Shown in pieces: positions 8,284 through 15,700 of a stretch of 16,363 nucleotides of DNA. Position 1 is the stretch's first letter; each line of letters opens with the position of its first letter. This DNA is from Thermovirgaceae bacterium (GTDB lineage Bacteria > Synergistota > Synergistia > Synergistales > Thermovirgaceae). A program made the position numbers and the translations under genes. The stretch spans positions 1 to 16,363 of the forward strand of contig JBKHBH010000041.1 of NCBI GenBank assembly GCA_046542505.1. Reading direction: 5' to 3'. The notes under the pieces are model-generated. The model had not been told where the DNA came from. It worked only from the letters and a program-made list of their open reading frames with translations, and did no database searches.

Positions 8284-8682
8284 TTAAAGATATTTCTCCA
8301 GGAACTGGGCGGGAGTTATGACATCCGGTTTTTCGATTTCAATTGAACCGAAATCCTTGTCCCCGGTAATAAGAACGTCGACACCTTCTATAATTGCTGT
8401 ATACAGAACCGGGTAATCTTTCTTGTCACGGATGAAGAAAAGCGAATAGTCCATTTCCTCGGGTGTGTAAACAAAATCGTAACTCATCTTGGTCAGAAGA
8501 CTATCAATGGCTTTTTCTTTCGTCGGAAATTTCCGTTGTACAACCGCCTTCAGCTCGTCTACAACGAAAGACGAGAGAACGAGTTCGTGCTTCCTGAAGA
8601 TATATTCCATCATAGTGTTCATTTTTTCACTTGGAAACAAAAACATGGATACGAGCACATTGGTGTCGAGCATCACCCTCAT
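8284..8682 (-). CDS. PIN-domain toxin (VapC-like)
   Basis: MRVMLDTNVLVS..ELK..IRDKKDYPVLYTAI..VDVLITGDKDF contains the PIN acidic residues. Confidence 0.92.
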   Translation of the reverse strand: MRVMLDTNVLVSMFLFPSEKMNTMMEYIFRKHELVLSSFVVDELKAVVQRKFPTKEKAIDSLLTKMSYDFVYTPEEMDYSLFFIRDKKDYPVLYTAIIEGVDVLITGDKDFGSIEIEKPDVITPAQFLEKYL

Positions 8683-8685
8683 GGT

Positions 8686-8943
8686 TTACTTTCCCGTTCT
8701 CTCGCGACGCAATTCTTTCATCATGGAAACAACATCATCTTCGTCTTTAAGCCCGGCACGTGCAGCCTCTCCGGTAAAAGCAGCCTGCGCCTCCCTGAGG
8801 GCCTCCATTGAAGAGTTGAGGATATAGATCTTCCCGTCATCTTCGACAAAAAGAATTTTGTCACCTTTTTTGACGCCCAGCTTTCTACGGACATCGACCG
8901 GAATGGTTATCTGTCCTTTTGAAGTGATCTTTGCAAGTTCCAT
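8686..8943 (-). CDS. AbrB/MazE/SpoVT-family antitoxin (85 aa, start ATG 8943)
   Basis: MELAKITSKGQITIPVDVRRKLGVKKGDKILF; GAGGTG RBS; stop 3 bp before the PIN gene start. Confidence 0.92.
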   Translation of the reverse strand: MELAKITSKGQITIPVDVRRKLGVKKGDKILFVEDDGKIYILNSSMEALREAQAAFTGEAARAGLKDEDDVVSMMKELRRERTGK

Positions 8944-8972
8944 TTGTTGCCACCTCTTTTGGGAAATGAATA

Positions 8973-9021
8973 CCTTACATTCCTTACATAAAAAGATACA
9001 TAAAAACCACCAAAATATCAA
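8973..9021 (-). promoter_or_regulatory. Promoter and candidate autoregulatory operator of the AbrB-PIN pair
   Basis: Minus strand TTGATA (9021-9016), 17 bp spacer, TATCTT (8998-8993); tandem CCTTACAT repeats at 8973-8980 and 8982-8989 near the start site. Confidence 0.55.
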
Positions 9022-9239
9022 GAACGGTCAATTCCTGTGTGTTTTGGACGCGTTGAAGGTCCGCCGGGGAAAGAGTGCTAGAAGACCGGGGAAAACCCTT
9101 TTTGTGACTTTTCCGAACTGCACGTGACTGCTTCTCGGTTTCTTCAGCCTTTGTATAGTTTAAAGGCTCCTTCGGGTCGCCTTGTTTTTGAGGTGTTCGA
9201 GGTGTGCCGTCGGATCATGCCATCAGGCGGTCGTTGCAG

Positions 9240-9428
9240 GGCCTTCGGGAGCAGGGGATCGTCCCCATTCAATCCCGGCATTCGACATTCCATTGCAGCC
9301 AACGGAACAGGTCGTTTCTGTCTGCCTCACGTATGGCAAGAGCGAGCGCCATCTCAAAAAAATCTTCGTCGCTTGCCGTTATCGTGCAATTGTTGTTTTC
9401 CAGGAAGATGTTACCTGAATCATCTCGT
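9240..9428 (-). pseudogene. Possible degraded response-regulator receiver-domain remnant
   Basis: Two minus frames give DDSGNIFLENNNCTITASDEDFFEMALALAIRE and RQKRPVPLAAMECRMPGLNGDD, which loosely match the REC consensus. It needs a frameshift and has no proper start. Confidence 0.25.
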
Positions 9429-9534
9429 GAAACAACCGGGGGTCGGATCTTCGATTTACTGATTTTCAAATCGCAGGTTGCTCATGTGGTCGGCAGAAAA
9501 ATCAGTAAATCGAAGATCCGACCCCAAGGGTTTT
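9429..9534. repeat. Complete REPIN-like element, family A: two perfect 28-bp inverted arms around a 31-bp spacer
   Basis: 9439-9466 GGGGTCGGATCTTCGATTTACTGATTTT with its exact reverse complement at 9498-9525; flanks GAAACAACC and AAGGGTTTT. Confidence 0.95.
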
Positions 9535-9601
9535 GGTCGCCAAGGGAGGATCAGGCTTTCTCGGCCTGCCTGAATCACCCAGGACATCAAAAAGACGAAA
9601 T

Positions 9602-10078
9602 CTACTCGACTATCTCCAGTCCGAGTTGTTCCTCGTCGTAGTTTTTCGCGTTGTTGTCCTTTACTGTGGCTACAACTGTATACTCCCCGGCAGGAATGCC
9701 CTTCAGGTTCAGGTCAACGGTGAAGTACAGGTCGTTGATCTTGCTCTTGAAATTGTCATTGCCGAAGTTGACCATGTTTTTCTCATTGATCAGGGCTTTG
9801 CCTGAAGAATCCAAAAGTGCGAAATCCAGGGCCACATCTACAGAGTAAGTTCCGTTGCTCTCGACCCTCCTGAAATTGTCGAGTTCAAGATAAACCACCG
9901 TCTGGCTGTCCTCCTTGAATGTGCTGGAGGGCTCCTCCTCGTAGAGCCCGAAGGTGGTGACCTCTTGCGCAAAGAGGATCTTTTGGATCTCGATAGATTC
10001 CTGTGCGAAAAGGGCAGGCGCCAGCATGAAAACCAAAAGGCAAGACACCGCCAGGGTCGTGATACGTCGCATCTTCAT
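9602..10078 (-). CDS. Secreted hypothetical protein (158 aa), probably a beta-sandwich
   Basis: AAGGAG RBS before ATG 10078; signal peptide MKMRRITTLAVSCLLVFMLAPALFA; alternating beta-strand pattern ending IPAGEYTVVATVKD. Confidence 0.8.
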   Translation of the reverse strand: MKMRRITTLAVSCLLVFMLAPALFAQESIEIQKILFAQEVTTFGLYEEEPSSTFKEDSQTVVYLELDNFRRVESNGTYSVDVALDFALLDSSGKALINEKNMVNFGNDNFKSKINDLYFTVDLNLKGIPAGEYTVVATVKDNNAKNYDEEQLGLEIVE

Positions 10079-10142
10079 GGACTTTCTCTCCTTTTTCCGC
10101 AAGGACGGGTTCAATCTGGAGCAATGAACTGTCAGACAAGAA

Positions 10143-10183
10143 TGGAACCTGCACCTTATTTTAGAAGTCAGGTGCAGGTTCCA
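10143..10183. terminator. Perfect 14-bp-stem hairpin between the two secreted-protein genes (terminator or another REP-like palindrome)
   Basis: TGGAACCTGCACCT-N13-AGGTGCAGGTTCCA, 8 bp after the stop at 10192; only a short T tract (TTCTT) follows on the minus strand. Confidence 0.6.
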
Positions 10184-10191
10184 CTTGATCG

Positions 10192-10704
10192 CTATCTTGT
10201 TACACTGTCTGCAATCTCCTCAACGGGTATTTCTTCGCCAAGGGAAATCAGATCATTCTCGTTTACGTCCTGGTTTGTTTCAATTGCTGCGACCACATCA
10301 TTTTGCACGGCGATCCCCAAGGTGCCACCTGGCTGATCCTTTCGGATTTGGAAAAACGCCTCCCTGCCGGAAATTTCCGTAGATTTTAAGATTGCTTCCT
10401 CGGTTTCCACTTCCATCAGTGACAATTCCCGGAACTTCTGGACTTGCGGGGCCGTGTCACCTGCAACGACCATGAGGCGGATTCTTTTGGCCCCATCAGA
10501 GTATTTTTGTTCAACAGCAGCGTATGTTTGGCCCGAGTTTTCTAAATTACCTCCATCGGGATCATCTGATTTCTCCATTCCACCAATACTGTCGGGGAGG
10601 ACCGGGATCATGTCCTCGTAATCGTATTCCGCTGCAACTGCAACAGAAGCCGCCAGCATGACACACAAGGCTACTAAGAAAATGAAAATATTTCTGATTC
10701 GCAT
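10192..10704 (-). CDS. Secreted hypothetical protein (170 aa)
   Basis: GGAGGTG RBS before ATG 10704; signal peptide MRIRNIFIFLVALCVMLAASVAVA; acidic mature region. Confidence 0.8.
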   Translation of the reverse strand: MRIRNIFIFLVALCVMLAASVAVAAEYDYEDMIPVLPDSIGGMEKSDDPDGGNLENSGQTYAAVEQKYSDGAKRIRLMVVAGDTAPQVQKFRELSLMEVETEEAILKSTEISGREAFFQIRKDQPGGTLGIAVQNDVVAAIETNQDVNENDLISLGEEIPVEEIADSVTR

Positions 10705-10821
10705 TACATGCACCTCCAAAAATTTTTTGGGCCTGGAAATTTCGTTTCGGGAAAGTTGTTTCGGAAAGTCTGGACAATCGAAACCAGTGAAGCAGGGAGG
10801 ATAAACACTGTCTTTTCCCGG

Positions 10822-10849
10822 AAAGTACCATACCAACGACTTTTGTCAA
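10822..10849 (-). promoter_or_regulatory. Sigma70-type promoter for the 10704 gene
   Basis: Minus strand TTGACA (10849-10844), 16 bp spacer ending TGG, TACTTT (10827-10822). Confidence 0.5.
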
Positions 10850-10929
10850 ATTTCGCGATATGAGTCAAGGCGAAATCGAGTCTGGTAATGGTTTCCCTTC
10901 GCTTGCCAGCTACGCCGGACATCCCCAGC

Positions 10930-10990
10930 AAAACAACCCGGGGTCGGATCTTCGATTTACTGATTTTCCTGCTGACCCTTAGGGGTTTTC
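10930..10990. repeat. REP-like element, family A short form (61 bp)
   Basis: Perfect 28-bp arm at 10940-10967, followed by CCTGCTGACCCTTAGGGGTTTTC. Confidence 0.9.
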
Positions 10991-11018
10991 AGAAATCGGG
11001 CTCTTCTCGTTTACTGGT

Positions 11019-11375
11019 TCAATCGAGATCGAAGAGGATTTTCAAAGCCTGCCCTATTCGCGAAAGGGTTTCTTCGTCGACACGGCCCCTCGTTTTGACG
11101 AACCGGGCCCTCTGATCGACAGGCCTGGTTTGGAGACAATCGGCAACGGATTTTTTTGTCAAGCCGTTTTGGGCGTCAGGGATGATTTCGACATTCGTGA
11201 TAATTCTGGATTTCCGCTCGCTCCATCCCGTGATCGGTACCACCTGAATCACAGGGCTTCTCTTGTTATATTCATCGTTGGTGACGACAATGCATGGGCG
11301 CTGTTTGCCCGTTTCAGACCCTTCCGTCGGATCCAGACGGACGTCGATGAGCATCCCCCGTTCCAGGGCGTTCAT
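11019..11375 (-). CDS. mazF: PemK/MazF-family endoribonuclease toxin (118 aa, start ATG 11375)
   Basis: ERGMLIDVRLDPTEGSETGKQRPCIVVTNDEYN..IQVVPIT..NGLTKKSVADCLQTRPVD; ATGA overlap with the upstream antitoxin. Confidence 0.93.
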   Translation of the reverse strand: MNALERGMLIDVRLDPTEGSETGKQRPCIVVTNDEYNKRSPVIQVVPITGWSERKSRIITNVEIIPDAQNGLTKKSVADCLQTRPVDQRARFVKTRGRVDEETLSRIGQALKILFDLD

Positions 11376-11605
11376 GAAGGCCACTCCGCAAGGTCTGCAT
11401 TCGTCCATTCTCGTGTTTCCCGGTCTTCTTCGTAGACTTCCTCATACAAGGCCGCCGATTCCCGAAGGCGCTGTCTGGTGAGATCCTCGGCAAGCCGGTC
11501 AAGGGCGGTTCTCACGACTTCGCTCTTGTCCTTGAAACCATAGGACCGATATTCTTGAAGAAAAAGGAGGTTTGATTCCTTGAGACTGAATTTGGCCTGG
11601 TGCAT
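11372..11605 (-). CDS. Ribbon-helix-helix (CopG-like) antitoxin (77 aa, start ATG 11605)
   Basis: MHQAKFSL..YGFKDKSEVVRTALDRL with an acidic C-terminus; AGGGAGGG RBS; coupled to mazF. Confidence 0.82.
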   Translation of the reverse strand: MHQAKFSLKESNLLFLQEYRSYGFKDKSEVVRTALDRLAEDLTRQRLRESAALYEEVYEEDRETREWTNADLAEWPS

Positions 11606-11651
11606 TAGGTTCCCTCCCTTGAAAATTTCGAAAGTCCATTTCCAGGGCCCT

Positions 11652-11679
11652 ATTTTAGGTGTTAATTTCAGGGTGTCAA
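11652..11679 (-). promoter_or_regulatory. Promoter of the RHH-mazF pair
   Basis: Minus strand TTGACA (11679-11674), 16 bp spacer, TAAAAT (11657-11652); imperfect direct repeat ACACCCTGAAAT/ACACCTAAAAT inside it as a candidate operator. Confidence 0.65.
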
Positions 11680-11704
11680 TATTGGCACCTTCAGGAAAAC
11701 CGGT

Positions 11705-11799
11705 TGGGGTCAAGTCTTTACTTTTAGGGTTTTTGCCACCTGACTGGACGCGCATCGGGCTGTTCCGATCAAAACACAAAAAGTAAAGACTTGACCCCA
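11705..11799. repeat. Complete REPIN-like element, family B
   Basis: Perfect 21-bp inverted arms TGGGGTCAAGTCTTTACTTTT (11705-11725) and 11779-11799, extendable with mismatches to about 30 bp; left flank GAAAACC. Confidence 0.9.
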
Positions 11800-11820
11800 C
11801 AGGCTCATGAGTCAGAAGTA

Positions 11821-11838
11821 TGATATATTATGTATATC
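11821..11838 (+). promoter_or_regulatory. Extended -10 element and palindromic operator of mazEF
   Basis: TGaTATATT (11821-11829) overlapping GATATA-N5-TATATC (11822-11838); GAGGAGG RBS follows. Confidence 0.55.
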
Positions 11839-11856
11839 TAAGAGGAGGGGAGAACA

Positions 11857-12102
11857 ATGGCTCACAGTGTCCGGTTGGCGCGCTGGGGAAACAGCATAGG
11901 CGTTCGCTTGCCAAAACACGTGGTGGAGGTCTTGAACCTCAAGCCCGGAGGCTTTCTCAAAGTCTCTTTGGGCAAGGACAACTCAATAGTCCTGAATCCG
12001 GAAAGAAAATATCACCTGGAAGACCTGGTCTCGCGGATTACCGAGGACAATTGTCCTGGCGAATTCGACTGGGGCCCCGATGTCGGAAGGGAACAGCAAT
12101 GA
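11857..12102 (+). CDS. mazE: MazE (AbrB-fold) antitoxin
   Basis: ARWGNSIGVRLPK..YHLEDLVSRITEDN..EFDWGPDVGRE, typical of MazE. Confidence 0.93.
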   Translation: MAHSVRLARWGNSIGVRLPKHVVEVLNLKPGGFLKVSLGKDNSIVLNPERKYHLEDLVSRITEDNCPGEFDWGPDVGREQQ

Positions 12103-12449
12103 GTGAATGGGCTCCGGACCGGGGCGACATCATACGCGTCGATTTGAAACCCGTCAAAGGGCACGAACACGGAGGGAGAACCCGCCCTGTTCTGGTTCTC
12201 TCTCCTTATGAATACAATGTCCGCACAAACCTGTGCATCACGGTTCCCTTCACAACAAAGCAAAAAGGCTATCCCTTTGAAGTGGAGACGGGCACCTTCC
12301 CCATGAAAACCCGCGGTGTCATTCTGGCCGATGCTGTCCGAAGCATCGAATGGAAAACCCGAAACGCCCGGTTTATCGAGAAGGCCGACAAGGCCTTCGT
12401 CGATGATGTTCTCCTGAAGCTGGCCACCCTGCTGGCGACTGATCGTTGA
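12099..12449 (+). CDS. mazF: MazF endoribonuclease toxin (116 aa, start ATG 12099)
   Basis: WAPDRGDIIRVDLKPVKGHEHGGRTRPVLVLSPYEYN..VPFTTKQKGYPFEV..GVILADAVRSIEWKTR; ATGA overlap with mazE. Confidence 0.93.
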   Translation: MSEWAPDRGDIIRVDLKPVKGHEHGGRTRPVLVLSPYEYNVRTNLCITVPFTTKQKGYPFEVETGTFPMKTRGVILADAVRSIEWKTRNARFIEKADKAFVDDVLLKLATLLATDR

Positions 12450-12451
12450 AT

Positions 12452-12490
12452 GAAAACCACGGGTTCAGACGTTACATTTGACATTGACAA
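12452..12490. repeat. Single diverged REP-like arm, family C
   Basis: GAAAACCAC-GGGTTC-AGA-CGTT-ACA-TTT-GACATTGACA has the same left flank and block spacing as families A and B; it starts 2 bp after the mazF stop. Confidence 0.5.
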
Positions 12491-12761
12491 AACAGCCCTC
12501 CCCACCGGACGTCGCAGGGCTCTCTTGTGAGCTTTCGGCACTTTACAGTATGGATTCCCCGAACATGAGAACCTCGCTTTTCATGATTTGCCGTCAGAAG
12601 CTGAAAGTGGACGAAGGGCCATTAACCATGACCCCGGGCGGCAATGTGTGTAAACTTATACATCAGTGATTGTCATGGCAATGACGGGGCGGTGTCCATC
12701 GGGACCGATTTTGAGCAGGGCACCGAAAGGCCGCGAAAAAATGGGGAGTTGAATCGGCTGG

Positions 12762-15700
12762 ATGATCTGTCTTCACGTGTCACTGCTCGACGGGGCCCCG
12801 TACCTGTGGTCCGAACTGGCAGGCGTCGAAGCCCCGAAGGAGGGGACGACCGGCCTTTCAGGGGACCCCCTTTGGTACCCCTACGATCCCGGCGGTGCCT
12901 GCCTGCAAAAAGCCATAAAACCCGTTCTTCCCGGGTTTAGGGTCAACAAGCAAAACACCCTGCCCGTCACCTTGTGGCTTCCCTCAAGGGGCAGCCGGCC
13001 CGTGCGGTCCTACCTCAGGTATGACGACGAGGTGGATCGAAGGTACAAGGTCCGCATCGCGCCCTGGCGGACGATGGCGAGACCCCTTGATATGGAAGAA
13101 CTGGTCGGGCTTTGTTCCATCGCCGAAGCACAAAACGGGCGGGGCGAAAAGCTTGTCCCGGGCTCTTCCCTTTCATGGATCGGCGCTGTATGGACCTGTG
13201 CCCTTGATATCGTTATGGGCGAAAACTTCCTGCCCGGGGTGTCCGAGGGAGAAAAGGGGCAGGAAGCGCGCTGGATTCCCATGCCGGACAACGAGCAGGA
13301 AGCCGAAATCAGGAAACTCGGCGATTCCATGCCCGGCATTTGCCGCTGCCTGACCGTTGCAGGCGAAGAACCTCCCCTTTATTCCCCCCTTGAAACGGCC
13401 AAAAACCTCGTGGCACGCATGACGGACCACCTTGTCCGCGAATCCGCGGGACATGCAAAAGATCAATGGCCAGGAGAGGGAGAAAAAGGTTTCTCGAGCA
13501 TTCACGATGCCTGGATACATGCCCTCACTTCCCAAAACCCCGTTATCGAAGGTCCTGACGCCGCAGTGGCCGAATTCAAAAACCAGGTCGACCAGTGGCA
13601 GAGAAAGCTGGTCCTGGTGCGCCGGTCTCCTTTCCAGTTCTGCCTTCGCCTTCACGAGCCCGACACAGAAGCGCCGAAAGAAAAGGAGCCCCTCTGGAAA
13701 GTGGAGTACCTTGTCCGGCCCAAAGTCGACCCGACGCTTCAGGTTCCCGTGTCCCAACTATGGGACCCAAAAAGCCCGGGCAGCCGCGAGCTTGAAAAAT
13801 ACGGCTCCGATGTCCGGGAATATCTTTATACCGTGCTCGGCCAAGCAGCGAGAATCTGCCCGCCCATCGCCGAAAGCCTTGAAAGCAAGGCCCCCGGCGG
13901 TTTTCATGCCGACAACGGGGAGATCCTTGAATTTCTCAATGAAAGCGCCGGTAAGCTTGCACAGGCCGGTTTCACCCTCATGCTTCCCTCCTGGTGGATC
14001 AACAAGACACCGGGCCAAAAACCCCGGGTCAAGGTAAAGGTAAAGACGAATCCGGGTGAAAGCCCCGGGGGATTTTCCCTGGATTCTTTATTTCAGTTCA
14101 ATTACAGGTTTTGTTACGAGGGCACGGAACTCTCGCTCGAGGAACTGGAAGAACTGGCCCGGCTCAAGTCCCCTCTTGTCCGGCTCAGGGGGCAGTGGAC
14201 CAATATCAGCGAGGAGGGCATCAAAGCGGCGATAGATTTTCTGCGCAGGCAGAAAGAGGGCACTCTCTCGGGCAGGGAAATCCTGAAAATGAGCCTGGGT
14301 GAAGAGGGCGAGGCCGGGGGCTTCCCCATAGAGGACATCGAAACCGAAGGTTGGCTCAAAAAGGTGCTTGACAAGCTCAAAAAGAGCGTAAAACTCGAGG
14401 TAAAGAACCCGCCCGAAGGGTTCAATGGTGAGCTTCGTCCCTATCAACGGCGGGGATACTCGTGGCTCGACTTTTTGCAGGAGACGGGGCTGGGAGCGTG
14501 CCTTGCCGACGATATGGGACTTGGGAAAACCATTCAGACCCTTGCCCTCATCCAGAAGAAAAGGGAAGAAGGAGAAAACCGGCCCTTCCTCCTTATATGC
14601 CCCACATCGGTCGTGAACAACTGGAGGATGGAAGCCGAAAAATTCACCCCCCGCCTCGACGTGCTGGTTCATCACGGATCGGACAGAAAAAAGCAGGAGC
14701 GCTTCCAAAAGGAGGCGGCCAGGTATGCCATGGTCCTTTCCAGCTATGGCCTCATAACGAGGGATATTGACTTTCTCAGGGAAGTTCCCTGGGCCGGGAT
14801 AGTGCTCGACGAGGCGCAAAACATACGGAACCACGAAACCAAAAGAGCCAGGGCGTGCCGTGCCGTCCCGGCAGGCTGCCGCATAGCCCTGACGGGCACC
14901 CCGGTCGAAAACCACGTGGGCGACCTGTGGTCCATAATGGACTTCCTCAATCCGGGATTGCTCGGAAACTATTCATACTTCCGGGCCAACTTCCACAGGC
15001 CCATCCAGGTGTGGAAGAATGAGGAAGCCGCCACGAGGCTCAGGAAAATCACCGCACCGTTCATTCTCAGGCGCCTCAAGACGGACAGGTCCGTCATTAC
15101 GGACCTGCCCGAAAAAATCGAGACCAGGGAATACTGCAACCTCACCCGGGAGCAGGTCTCCCTCTACAAGGCCGTCCTCGACGAGGTGGAAGAAAAGATC
15201 GAAAGCTCCGAAGGCATGGAAAGAAAAGGGCTGATCCTCTCCACCCTCACCCGGCTGAAACAGATCTGCAACCACCCCGCCCAGTACGCGAAGGACGAAA
15301 ACCCCGTCCCGGTGCGATCAGGCAAACAGAGCCGCCTTTTCGAAATGCTTCGTGAAATCCGGGAAGGGGGCGAAAGGTCTCTTGTCTTTACCCAGTACGC
15401 GGAAATGGGCCGGATACTTCAGCAAAGCCTTGTGGAGGAATTCATGGAAGACGTCTTCTTCATTTGCGGGGCCACCCCCAGAAAAAGACGCGACGAAATG
15501 GTGAGAATTTTCCAGGAAGACCAGGACGCCCCGCATGTATTCGTCCTCTCTCTCAAGGCGGGTGGGACGGGCCTCAACCTCAGCAGGGCCAACCACGTCT
15601 TCCACTATGACAGGTGGTGGAACCCCGCCGTCGAAAACCAGGCCACCGACAGGGCGTTCAGGATCGGGCAGAAAAAGAACGTGCTGGTTCACAAATTCGT

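Noticed and set aside
9439..9525. Tn3-derived MITE (GGGGTC ends)
   Set aside because: There is no 5-bp target duplication (AACCG versus AAGGG), the arms are 28 bp rather than about 38 bp and lack the inner TAAG, and the flanks are conserved between copies.
9124..9641. Track ORFs containing KISKSKIRP or GGRIFDL (also 4062..4265, 8086..8346 and 10888..11115)
   Set aside because: The shared peptides are translations of the DNA repeat, not real proteins.
4095..10967. CRISPR array built from the 28-bp repeat
   Set aside because: The copies are kilobases apart, or inverted at 9439-9525; there is no direct repeat-spacer series and no cas gene.
8197..10990. Canonical integron attC sites
   Set aside because: The ends contain AAC..GTT but do not fit RYYYAAC/GTTRRRY, the full element has perfect arms without extrahelical bases, and no intI is in the window.
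11791..11796. TTGACC in the family-B arm acting as the -35 for mazEF
   Set aside because: It is 22-27 bp from the candidate -10 hexamers, which is too far.
11606..12098. N-terminal extensions of the RHH antitoxin (to 11800) and of MazF (from 11820)
   Set aside because: They run through the repeat, the promoters or mazE; the RBS and ATGA coupling support starts at 11605 and 12099.
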